Shown here piece after piece: positions 21,349-32,511 of a stretch of DNA of 64,000 bases (positions within the stretch are counted from its first letter, which is position 1; every line of letters begins with the position of its first letter). The stretch is from an uncultured Acidobacteriota bacterium (GTDB lineage: Bacteria; Acidobacteriota; Terriglobia; UBA7540). Location: NCBI GenBank assembly GCA_963804995.1, contig CAWDSK010000006.1, forward strand, positions 640,001 through 704,000. Reading direction: 5' to 3'. The translations under genes and the position numbers were made by a program. The notes below the pieces were generated by a model that was given only the letters and a program-made list of their open reading frames with translations, made no database searches and had not been told where the DNA came from.

Positions 21349-24264
21349 GTGTGCCCAGCGATGATTGGGAAAACCGTCTCTCACTATCGAATTCTGGAAA
21401 AGCTGGGCGGCGGCGGGATGGGCGTGGTGTACAAGGCCGAAGACACCGCGCTCGGCCGTTTTGTGGCGCTCAAGTTTCTGCCGGAAAATCTGGCCAAGGA
21501 TCCCCAAGCGCTCGATCGCTTCCAACGCGAGGCGCGGGCCGCTTCGGCGCTCAACCACCCGAACATCTGCACCATTTTCGAAATCGGCGAGCACGAAGGC
21601 GAGCCCTTCATCGTGATGCAGCTTTTGGAGGGGCAGACCCTCAAGCATCGCATCGAGTCCAAGCCCTTTAAGACCGATACCCTGCTCAACCTGGCGATTC
21701 AGATCGCTGACGCGCTCGAACGCCGCGCACGCCAAGGGCATTGTGCATCGGGACATCAAACCCGCCAATATTTTCGTCACGCAACGCGGCCAGGCCAAGG
21801 TGCTGGACTTTGGTTTGGCGAAGCTCGCGCCTTCCAGCCGTCCGCGCGCGGGAACGGGCGCCTCCGGCATGTTGACGGCTCAGACGCGCGAAGAATTCAA
21901 TACCAGCCCGGGCGTCACTATGGGAACGGTGGCTTACATGTCTCCCGAGCAGGTGCGGGGAGAAGACCTCGACGGCCGTTCCGATATTTTTTCCCTCGGT
22001 CTGGTGCTTTATGAAATGGCCACCGGCGTGCCCGCTTTCAGTGGCAACACTTCCGGGGTGATTCAAGAAGCCATTCTCAACCGCGCCCCGATTTCTCCGC
22101 TGCGCCTGAATCTTGATTTGCCCCCCAAGCTCGAAGAAATCATTTTCAAGGCGCTCGAAAAAGACCCCGACATGCGCTATCAGGGCGCTTCCGAGCTACG
22201 AACGGATCTCAAGCGTCTGAAGCGCGACACGGATTCCGGGCGTTCCGCCAGCCGGGTGCAAATGGGAGAACCCAGCAGTCACATGTCTGCCCAGCCCAGC
22301 CAGTCGCGGCAAGACGCGCATTCGGGGATGGCGCCTCCGTTTCCCCCACCGCCGGCGGCGAGCGGCCCCACGCCGGTCACGCCTGCGTCAAGCGGGTCCA
22401 GCGCGGTCACCCCGGCTCCAGCGCCGGTCGAACCCTCGGGCGCGGTTATTCCCTCGCCCCCAACCACCGCCCAATGGCGAGGTCTCAAACTCCTAGTTCC
22501 TGCCGTCTCAGCTTTGCTGGTTATCGTGTTGGCGCTGGGTTGGTGGCTCACGCGCCACCGCCCATCAAGGCCGGGGGCGGTGGAAGTCCATAAGTCTTTG
22601 GCGGTGCTTTACTTCTCCAATCTTTCGCAAGATCCCTCGCTCAACTGGCTGAACCGCGGCCTCACCGAAATGCTCACCACGAATCTAGCCCAGGTGAAGG
22701 GATTGGACGTGCTTTCGACGGAGCGCATTCTGGCCGAAGTTCAGCGGCTGGGGATGAAGGATGCGAAGGAACTCAACCCAGCCTCGGCGGTGAAAGTGGC
22801 GCGCAACACGGACGCCGACGCGTTTGTCACCGGCACGCTCCTGCGCGTCGGCCCCCAGCAGCTTCGGCTCGACGTACAGGTTCAAGACACTAAATCCGGT
22901 CAGATACTTTTTTCCGACAAGGTAGAGGCCGCGGACGTCCAAGGCATCTTCAGCATGGTGGATGCAGTGACGGGCCGCGTCGCACAGCGCTTCGCGCCCT
23001 CGGCCAATATGGCCATGAATGCTCCCAGCATCGAAGAAGCGGCAACTTCTAACCTCGAAGCCTACCGGCACTATCAGCTCGGGCTCGATTTTCACCGACG
23101 CTATCTCTTTGCCGAAGCAGTCCAAGAATTCGAGAAAGCCGTCCGGCTGGATCCGCAGTTTGCGCTGGCTTACTTCTACCTTTCCAGGGCCTATGCGATG
23201 CAGGGGGATCTTCGCAAAAGCCAGGACCTCTGGCCGAAGATCGAGCAATTACAGTCCCGCCTGTCGCGCAAAGACCGGTTGGAGTTTCAGGCAGACCAGG
23301 CTTTTCGGGCCGGAGACTTAATGGGGGATAGGCAAATCCTGGAATCGCTTCTCAAGGAGTTTCCCCGCCAGGACGGGGCCCGGGCGCACCTGTCGCAATT
23401 GTTGCTTTACGCAGGCGAAGTGGACCGCGCTGTCTCCGTGTTGCAGGATGGGCTTCAACTCGATCCCAGGAATGACACGCTCCTGAATATTCTCGGATAC
23501 GCGCAGGCATTATCCGGAAACTTGGCGGCCGCGCTCCAGGCCAACGATCAATACATGGCGGTTCGCCCCAACGACCCGAATCCCTGGGACACGCGCGGGG
23601 ACATCCTCTATCAATTGAATCACGACGATGAAGCGGTAGCGGCCTATCGTAAAGTCCTGGCGCTCAAGCCGGATTTCGTAGGCTCCGAAGACTATGTCAA
23701 ACTGGCCGTCGTTTACGCGGACCAGAAGAAATTCGCGCTGGCAGATTCGGCGCTCTTGGAATACGGCAAACAAGTTACGGGCGCGGCCAAGTTCTACGCT
23801 TCGGTATTTGCCGGGCAGTTTCAGGAAACGCGGGGAGACTTGGAAGGCGCGCGAGCAAGTTATGAGCGCGCCGCCGGGGACTTGGCGCGCGCCGGGCAGA
23901 ACGCGGGCGCCGCTGACGCCCTCCTGCCGCTGGCCAGGGTTTCGATTCTGACGGGCGAGGGATTGGCCTCCGATCTGGCCTTCGCCCGTCAGCAAAACCT
24001 CTCCGGATGGGAGTATCGGGCGATTGCCTTTCTGCAGGCGGCGCAGGGTGATACGGCGGCCTCCGAACGCAGCCTCCAGCTCTATGCGGCGGCTCGCCCC
24101 GATATGGGTCCACGAGGCCTCGAACAGATTCGGAATTACAACGCCCTTTACGCGGCTCTGGTGCGCAAGGACCCGCAAGGCGTACTCGCTGCGGCAGGCC
24201 GTCTGCCGAACTCCGTGGATTCATTCTTGCGATATCCGCGCGGTTGGGCCTATTTCGAGACTAA

Positions 24265-25173
24265 GAGCTTATCCGTAAATACTTATTGAAGTCTGCTGCA
24301 ATTTGATGCATGATTATGACCCAAGATGCCGCAGATAAAATCTTGGGAAGTATCCGACGAGTTTTGGGTGAAAGTCGAACCGCTGATTCCGGTTCGACAG
24401 CGGTCGAAAGGCCGAAAGTATAGGCGGAAGCCGGGGGGTGGGAGGAAGCCAATGCCGGCGCGCCGGATCTTCTCGGCCATTGTGTATGTGCTGCGCACGG
24501 GATGTCAGTGGAAGGCCTTGCCCAAGGAATTCGGCAGCGCCAGCGCGGTCCACAAGCATTTTCAACAGTGGCACCGGGCGGGTTTCTTTCTGGCGCTCTG
24601 GCGGTCGGGGCTGGCCGAGTACGATGAGCTGGAGGGCATTGCCTGGGACTGGCAAAGCATCGACGGAGCGATGGTGAAAGCCCCGCTGGCCTTGACTTGC
24701 GTGGGACCCAATCCCACCGATCGGGGAAAAAAATGGGCGCAAGCGAAGTTTGTTAGTCGACGGGCGTGGCGTCCCACTATCGCTCGCCGTCAGCGGAGCC
24801 AACCTGCATGATGTGAAGCTGCTGGCCACCACCCTCGACCAGGTGGTGAGAGCGCGACCGGCACCGCGACCGAGAAAGCCCCAGCACCTTTGCGCCGATG
24901 CCGGTTACAAGGGATCCCGCGCTCGGCAAGCGGCCACGAACCGCCACTACCGGCCGCATATCAAGCAACAGCGAGAAGAGATGGAAGCAAAACGTATCGT
25001 CCCCGGTTACAAGGCTCGCCGATGGGTGGTCGAGCGGACCCATTCCTGGCTCAACCGATACCGCAAGGTGTTGGTGAGCTTTGAAAAGACCGAGGAAAGC
25101 TACGTCGCCCTACTAACCTTAGCCGCGGCCATGATCTGCTGGCGACAGACAATTATTATTTACGGATAAGCTC
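24265..25173 (+). mobile_element. IS5 family element (IS427-like, two-ORF), 909 bp
   Basis: Perfect 17-bp TIR GAGCTTATCCGTAAATA; TAA target duplication at 24262-24264 and 25174-25176. Confidence 0.95.
24326..25169 (+). CDS. IS5 transposase in two frames joined at GGGGAAAAAAAT
   Basis: YVLRTGCQWKALP, SIDG, GPNPTDRGK / LLVDGRG, LCADAGY, RWVVERTHSWL. Confidence 0.92.
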
Positions 25174-25640
25174 TAAGGACTATAGCCGGGCAGAGCAGGA
25201 CCTTCACGCGGCGGTTCTTAATGAAAGGGCATTGTCAAATTTCAACACCGTGCGCACCCGCTCCCCACTGCTCGCCGCCCTGGCGCACTTTTATCTGGGC
25301 CAAGTCTATGAAGCCACGGGAAAGCGCGAGCAGGCTACCAACGAGTACCAGGAATTTCTTTCTCACTTCGATAAATCCACCGCCCGCCTTCCCCAAATCG
25401 CCATCGCGCGCGCCGCCCTCCAGCGCTCCCTGCCGTAAGACTCCGGGCGGTCGCTGCGGGGCCCAATTGCCAGCCAGCGCTGCGACTCCTGTAGTGGCCC
25501 GCTGGCGCGGACCTGTTTTGGTCCGCGGTTCTTCCCCCCCTGACCACGAAAAGCCGCGGACCTCAAGAACAGGTCCGCGCTACCTTGCTGGACAGGCGAT
25601 GAATCTACGAGCCATGCCGTGCGGAGGTTAACTCGAATCG

Positions 25641-28434
25641 CTACGATTTCTTTCGCGCTTTCTTGGCGGACGGAATAAGGGGTGCGGTCAGTTTTTCGAA
25701 GAGGGCGAAGAGGTGCTCCACGCGCTGGCGGTCGTTTTCAAATGGTTGGGAACGGTAGCAGCGATCAACAGCTCGGTCGAGGCCAGTATGGGCTTTGACC
25801 AGCGCTGAAGGCATCGTCAGTGGGTCGTAAAGATCGGCCAGCGTGGCGTCGGGGAATTGTTCGCGGGCGTCCAATATCGCTTGCGCAGCGGTTTCCACGG
25901 CTGCACGTTGCTTGGCGCCCGGGGCTTCCGGCCACGGGTAATTGTTGTAAACCAGCTTGGCCGAATAGCGGTAGCGCGACTCCAGCCGTCCGCCAACTTG
26001 TCGCAACCAAGCCATGTGCATCGCTGAGGAAAGTACGCCGAAATCGTAGAGTGTGGCGTGGGGAACAATTCTTACAAGGCTGCTTGCAAGAATTTCCGGC
26101 TTAAGAAAACCGATGGGAACGTAATTGCGCCGCTCAGAGCTTACTTCGGGGATAACGAGATAACTTTGAGTCGGCATGTTCTCGAACATGGAAGCGCGTC
26201 GGCTTGTCCGCGATTGCCCGTGTCGGCGCGCTCTTGCTGGCCAGGCGAAATTTTCTTACAGCTTCGACACGCGCCATCGCGTTCGGCATCTTGCGGAGCT
26301 TTGCAGGGGGACAGTCGCCGAGCCATAGGCACCAACGCTCGATTCCATTGATGAATTCTTCCGAGCCGATCCAGCGCCGGAAGAATTCTTTTGCGTCTGG
26401 CTCTAGCTTCAAGAACTCAGCCTTCTCCTTTGGCGTAAAAAGGTAGTTGCCGTCATCAATCGGCTTGTTGCCGATCCCAATCTCAGGCGCGTCGCAGAGG
26501 GGCAAAGCACGATTGACGATGGCGCGGTCGGGGCCTTCGACCAGGTATGGGCTAATGTTGCTAACAATGCTGACGCTGGCTTTCTCACCGCCCTCCTCGT
26601 ACTCGTAGATGCGTTTGTTCTTCGCATCCGAAGCAGCAAAGCCCACGACAACAACATGAACATGTGCCTTGCCTCGCGCCTCGCTTTGCCACGCAAAGGG
26701 CCGATGGCCAAATAGGATTTTCGATCGATAGCGTTGAAAAAGCGCATTCCACAAAACTCCGACTTGCTCACCTTGAGAGATCGAATTGGTGGACACAAAA
26801 CCGACAACGATGCGTGTCCCTTTGATGTATTCGGCAGCCTTAAAGTACCACCCGGTAACGTAATCGAGCAGGCCACTGTTCTCAACATCGCGAGCAATAA
26901 GGTCCATATCAGCGCGTTGCTCATCGGTTTGGAATTTTCCACCGACAAACGGCGGATTGCCCAAGACAAAGCTACATTTCTCAGGGAGAAGAATTTTCCT
27001 CCAGTCGGTGCGGAGCGCGTTGCCGCAGACGATAGTTGGGGATTTCTTGAGTGGGAGGCGGACGAAGTATTGGCCGAAAGCTTCCGACAGGCGAATGTTC
27101 ATCTGGTGGTCCATAAGCCACATCGCCACTTCGGCAATTCTCACAGGCCATTCGCTAATTTCGATGCCGCAGAAAGCGTCTACATCGATTATGGATAGGG
27201 GGAGCATACCCGCTCCCTGCGTCGTATGGAGATAGAGCAGCTTAAGGATTTCAATTTCGATCAAACGCAGTTCGCGGTAGGTGATGACAAGGAAGTTCCC
27301 GCAGCCGCAAGCCGGATCGAGAAATCGCAATCGGGCGAGTTTCTGATGGAAGCGCTTCAGTTCAGCTTGTGTACCTTTGGCGCGCTCGAACTCCGCGCGC
27401 AGCTCATCCAGGAAGAGTGAGCGTATGAGCTTAAGAATGTCGCGCTCGTTGGTGTAATGCCCCCCGATTTGCCGCCGTTTTTTCGGCTCCATGACCGACT
27501 GAAAGAGTGAGCCGAAAATCGCTGGCGAGATCCGCGACCAGTCAAAGTGCGTGCAGGCTAGAAGCGCGTTACGCATATCGCTGTTGAAGTCGGCGAAGCC
27601 GAGGTTTTCCGAAAAGAGGTCACCGTTGACGTAGGGGAAAGCAGCAAGCGTTTCGTCGAGGTTTTTCTGGCGCTTGTCGGGCGGCGTGTTCAGCACGTCG
27701 AAGAGGCGTGCGAGGTGCAAGCCGAGGTCAGAGCCGTCCTTGGCGGTGCGATTCAAGAGGTAGAGCTTGAACGTTTCAGGTTCGAAGATACCGGTGTCTT
27801 CACCGAACAGGCAAAAGAGGATGCGTACAAGAAAGCGTTCGAGCTGATGCCCTGAGTAGCCGCCCGCCTCCAGCGCGTCGTGGAGGTGGCCCATGATTTC
27901 GACGGCACGAATGTTGATGGGGTCCTGCTCCTGGAATTTGTGCTGCTCGTAGCCTGGGATGAACGCAAAGAGGTGAATGTTTTTGTGGAAATCGTCCAGC
28001 GGGAACTCGATGCTCGCCACGCGCCATTCGTGGAAGAGAGGTAGATTTCGCTGCTCCTCCGGCTCTAAATCGTGCAGGGCGATGCGGGCAAAATCGGAAA
28101 CGATAACGTATCGAGGAATTTCGTCTGTGCGTCCTTCGCGCGCGAGGTCCTGAATATAGTTAAACGCCTGCGACTCGGCTTTGTTGAGGTCTCCGCCGCG
28201 GCTCTTGTGCTCGATCAGTACCTTGCCAGGCCAGAAAAGGTCAATGTAGCCGTAATCACCGGAAATCTTTTTGACCGATTCCTCAAAGCTGGCAACCGCC
28301 CGGCGAGGGACACCGAAAACATTGAAGAACTCGTTCCAAAAGGTTTGCTTCTCTGCTTGTTCCCTTCTGGCGCCTGTCCATTCCTTTGAAAAAGCAATCG
28401 CGCGATGGCGGATTTCGTTCCAGGAAAGTGGCAT
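25641..28434 (-). CDS. MmeI-like type IIL restriction-modification enzyme (nuclease + m6A methyltransferase + TRD); apparent extra base near 26185
   Basis: YIDLFWPGKVLIEHKS (PD-ExK), FLDPACGCGNF, GNPPF, PEVSSERRNYVPIG, RLESRYRYS, TLADLYDP. Confidence 0.93.
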
Positions 28435-28585
28435 GGGGGGATGATAGCAGCCTTGCCGAGCATCGAGCGTGGTATTTTAAATTATTGGGGCAAAGCGATC
28501 GGGTAGCGACGGTCAACCTTGCTCGGATTGTCCTTATGCCTTTAACCAGGATCACAAGCCCACGCAGTCAGCAAACCAATGCCCG

Positions 28586-29212
28586 ATCGGGATAGGGGGA
28601 GCGGTCGCCCGCTCACCCCTCCCACACCACCGTACGTACGGAGCACGTATACGGCGGTTCCGTGACTTGAGCCCGCAGGGGCCGGAGGTTCGATACGCGT
28701 TTCGCCGAGGAGGCTTCACCGCTCCCAGTTTCCTTTCGGGCTTCACCCAATCCGTCCCTGGGTAGCTCCGCCGAAGCGGATAGGCTGGTGCATGGCCGTC
28801 CTTGAGAAACGCGCACTACTGTTCACGATCACGGTTCGGGCCTTCGTCCCGATCCACCGGGACTAATATGCCCTATGCTGACTTCTGCCGCAGGATCAGG
28901 ATGATTTACATCACCCTCAGTCACAACTTCGTGACCTACAGCAGATCTCCCGAGGTAAGTTCGACCGCCTTCCGTGCAACGCCGCCGAATCTACGTTTTG
29001 CGCCCTTGATGGAAATGGGCTTCGCGAAACCCGGCCCGCTCGCCCAACGCTCACGCCTTCTATTCGGTTTTTGTCCATCGGCTCGCACCTTTGCTCCACG
29101 CTTCCTTCAGACCCCGCCTCGCGACGACGCCCTTGCGCTTCGCTAACCCTTCACCTCCATCAGGTTGGGTAGAGGACTTTCACCTCCAAGCTGTCGAACA
29201 TGCTCGGCACAC
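28586..29212 (-). mobile_element. ORF-less group II intron, class IIC-like (627 nt)
   Basis: 5' GTGTGC; domain V GAACCGCCGTATACGTGCTCCGTACGTACGGTGGTGTG with CGC triad; domain VI ending CTATCCCGAT; no RT ORF. Confidence 0.9.
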
Positions 29213-29381
29213 CGGGTGGCGCATACGTGCCGCATTTTGGCATGTATGCGGTCACAACCTTCGGTGCATAGACAGCATGGGATCATCGTTCAGAGAATAG
29301 AATCTCCAACTGGACCACGGCCAGTCGCCTAAAAGCCGCACACATCCCAATAAAGGGCACCGGGACGTATCCGCCACCCGC
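29213..29381. repeat. Inverted pair of REP-like hairpins ending in CCACCCG (intron target)
   Basis: CGGGTGGCGCATACGTGCC..GGCATGTATGCGG at 29213 and an inverted relative ending GGACGTATCCGCCACCCG at 29380. Confidence 0.65.
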
Positions 29382-29557
29382 GAAACCTGGCCGCAAGGCC
29401 ATGGCGGGTTAGTCGAGTCCGGATATTCTTCACTGCCAGGTCTGCTTGTCCGCTGGCAACTCCATCGAGGGGGAACTCTAGTAGCCTTTTCAAAACCCCG
29501 AATTCGACTCGCTAACCCATGATTCCAAAACGCCCAAAATGGGTTTTGAAACCAGCG

Positions 29558-30253
29558 CTAATCATGAAGGACTATGTTGAGGAGTGAACTGTGAACCAGC
29601 ATGCCGCCGTTGTAGCCGCTGTAATCGATGAACCCGAGCTTGCGGAACTTGTTCATGAAGTGGCTGACCCGCGACCGGGTTGTTCCAATCATTCCCGACA
29701 GTGTTTCTTGACTGATCTTTGGAATCACCGGCTCCAGCTTGCCTTCCTTGCCAAAGTGCGCAAGCAGAAGCAGAATCCGAGCCAACCGCTTCTCACTCGA
29801 ATTGAACAGTTGATCGACCAGGTCCTCTTCAATTCGAATATTGCGGGAGAGCAGGTGGGCCGTGAAGAACTCCGAGTATTTTGGGTCGGTGTGCAGCAGC
29901 CGCACCATGGCCTTTTTGCGGATGCGCAGAACGGTCGTGGCTTCGTCCGCCGTGGCCGTCGAGATGCGCAGGGGTTGCCCGGCCAAGCAGCCTTCACCGA
30001 AGAACTCATCAGCACCGAGAAGCGCCACGATAGCTTCCTTCCCCTGCTTGGAAACCACGGCCAGCTTTACTCGGCCATTCTGAACGTAGAACACCGCATC
30101 CGCCGGATCGCCTTGTGAAAAGATCACTTGCTTACGCCGGTAGGACGAGACACTTTTCCCCTCGCTCACTCTCGTGAGGATAGCCTTCCCGTCTAAAGGT
30201 AAGGTCCGTTTTGATGCTCTGGCTGCGATCCTGAGGTTAGCGGGCATTTCCAT
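29558..30253 (-). CDS. Crp/Fnr family transcriptional regulator
   Basis: IFSQGDPAD, FFGEGCLAG, ISQETLSGMIGTTRSRVS HTH. Confidence 0.94.
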   Translation of the reverse strand: MEMPANLRIAARASKRTLPLDGKAILTRVSEGKSVSSYRRKQVIFSQGDPADAVFYVQNGRVKLAVVSKQGKEAIVALLGADEFFGEGCLAGQPLRISTATADEATTVLRIRKKAMVRLLHTDPKYSEFFTAHLLSRNIRIEEDLVDQLFNSSEKRLARILLLLAHFGKEGKLEPVIPKISQETLSGMIGTTRSRVSHFMNKFRKLGFIDYSGYNGGMLVHSSLLNIVLHD

Positions 30254-30932
30254 TATCGTCGTTCCGCCCGACTAACAATATACACCTGACCGCCACTGGG
30301 TGCAATCGTGCGAAAGTTACATTCTTAAATGGCTTGACGCGTCGTGCGGGCGGGTTGGCTCCATCCCCGCCGCGCCGCTGTCAGGCAGCGTATCCCTTGA
30401 CCCGGACTTCTCCCTTCGACACGTCAACCGTCCCGGGGGCCCAGCGGGGTAGCGGATCAGAGTCTCATGCTCTCCGAGACTCTGCGGCTCTTCGTTTGTT
30501 GCGTGCAACTTTGGATCACCGCTTAGGACCTCCAGAGCGCAGAGGTACGCGCCTCATGCGTTCCTCTGCGGCTATTTGTTGTGTAGCATTAATAAACATG
30601 TGAACGCTTCTCGTATTTAGAGCCGCGGAGTAGTGCTGAGATGCGCACAACTCCGCGCTACCAGACCATCTCCCCCTCGAATCGCCCGTTGATTGTGCAC
30701 CGCGTCTAACGTGTTGGTCACTTGGCCGTTCTAGTCGCCAAACCGTAGATGTGGCGCTCACGTTCGCCTGCAGATTCCTGACCTACCCGGAAGCTACCGG
30801 ACTGGGGAGGTGCCGCAGGTGTCGCCCGGAATGATCGAACTTCTGAAACCGCTACCTAACGTCCTGTAAGAAGTTCAAAGTCGGCGAGTTGCGGGCGTCC
30901 GTTCCGCAGCCCCGTCAGGGGCGTAAGAACGT

Positions 30933-32351
30933 CACTCGTGTCCAAGACAAGTTTTTGGGGTGATGCGTGAACGGCACGGTTGCCCTCCTGCAACGGCGGC
31001 TTCAGAATGATGTTGCTGAAGCATCTCTGAACGCCATTGAGGAGGGCATCCCCATGGTACAAGTCGCAAGCCTGTTCAATCAACTGCTGCATCATTTTCC
31101 CCGCTTGGAGTTCGCGGCTCTGGTCAAGAAGCACAAAGCCGAGCGCGCCGCCAAAGGGTTCGATTGCTGGACGCAATTTGTCGCGATGTTATTCTGCCAA
31201 CTGGGCCATGCCGATTCCCTGCGCGAGATCTGCAACGGTTTGAGTTGCTGTCTCGGCAAGTTGGTGCATCTGGGCATCGCCCGGGCTCCCAATAAGTCAA
31301 CGTTGTCCTACGCCAACGAACATCGCCCCGCCGCGCTTTATCAGGAACTGTTCTATACGGTCCTGGAACGCTTCCGCACGCAGCCGCCACTGGGCGTTCG
31401 CAAGCGCACCTTCCGTTTCAAGAACAAGCTGCTCTCGCTCGATTCGACAACCATCTCCCTTTGCTTATCGCTCTTTCCCTGGGCGCAGTTCCGTCGCACC
31501 AAAGGCGGGGTTAAAGCGCATGTGCTCCTGGATCACGACAACTACCTGCCTCATTACGCTCTGCTCACCGCCGCCCGCGCCAGTGACGTGCGCATGGCCC
31601 ATCATTTTGATCTGCCCCCCGGATCGATCGTCGCCGTCGACCGCGGCTATAACGACTTCCGCCTCTTTGCCCGCTGGATCGCCGGCGGGGTGTACTTCGT
31701 CATTCGCCCCATGCACCACATGGTCTATGAAGTCATCGAGTCACGGCAACCGCCGCCGACCAGTAACATCCTTTCCGACGAGATCATCCGCTTCACCAGC
31801 AAGAAGGCTCAGCAAACCTTCAAGCACCCACTGCGCCGCGTCAGCGTCTGGGACCCGGTAAAGGAGCGCGAGATCGTGCTCGTGACCAATCACTTCAACT
31901 TCGGGGCGACGACCATCGCCAACATCTACAAGGACCGTTGGGAGATTGAACTCTTCTTCAAGGCGCTCAAGCAGAACCTCAAGATCAAGAGTTTCGTCGG
32001 CACCACGGAGAACGCGCTCCACATCCAGATTTGGACAGCCTTGATCGCCCTGCTGCTCATCAAGTGGCTCCATCACCTCTCCCAGGCCCACTGGTCGTTC
32101 TCCAATATGGCCACCATGCTGCGCCTGAACTTGTTTACCTATCGAGATTTGCGCGACTGGCTTCATGACCCTTTCGGCACCCCGCCAGTGGTTCCCGGCC
32201 CCCAGCAACTGGCACTTTCACTGGCTTGATTTGGACAGGCAACCAACTTATGAAAACCGAAACCTCTTTCTCATTTACCCATCATCCCTGTCCTAAACCC
32301 TTTCCTTGCAGTGGGTCGACGATGGAGAACCGATTATCTTGGACAGCAGTG
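30933..32351 (+). mobile_element. IS4 family element
   Basis: TIRs CACTCGTGTCCAAGA / TCTTGGACAGCAGTG (13/15 match); no clear target duplication. Confidence 0.85.
31054..32229 (+). CDS. IS4 family transposase (DUF4372 + DDE)
   Basis: LDSTTI, VDRGY, YKDRWEIELFFKALKQ (YREK motif). Confidence 0.94.
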   Translation: MVQVASLFNQLLHHFPRLEFAALVKKHKAERAAKGFDCWTQFVAMLFCQLGHADSLREICNGLSCCLGKLVHLGIARAPNKSTLSYANEHRPAALYQELFYTVLERFRTQPPLGVRKRTFRFKNKLLSLDSTTISLCLSLFPWAQFRRTKGGVKAHVLLDHDNYLPHYALLTAARASDVRMAHHFDLPPGSIVAVDRGYNDFRLFARWIAGGVYFVIRPMHHMVYEVIESRQPPPTSNILSDEIIRFTSKKAQQTFKHPLRRVSVWDPVKEREIVLVTNHFNFGATTIANIYKDRWEIELFFKALKQNLKIKSFVGTTENALHIQIWTALIALLLIKWLHHLSQAHWSFSNMATMLRLNLFTYRDLRDWLHDPFGTPPVVPGPQQLALSLA

Positions 32352-32511
32352 ACGATCTTTCGCCCGCTTTGCGGGCTGACTTCATCGGCGAATTTTTGAG
32401 ACACAACACTAGCGTGATACGCCCCACGCTAACAGCTCACAGCCGACAGCTCACAGTTAGCCCCCAGTCCCGAGCCCCTAACCCCCAACCCCGAATCGCT
32501 CGTCCCCCCGC

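Larger units (their letters stand above)
21361..25438 (+). pseudogene. Hanks-type Ser/Thr kinase with TM, TolB-like and TPR regions, interrupted by IS5; additional extra base near 21719
   Basis: [32 protein letters not shown]; removing the IS restores YFETK-DYSRAEQDL...LAHFYLGQVYE in frame. Confidence 0.92.

Noticed and set aside
25440..25640. tRNA or att site at the left edge of the accessory segment
   Set aside because: No cloverleaf, T-loop consensus or matching direct repeat was found.
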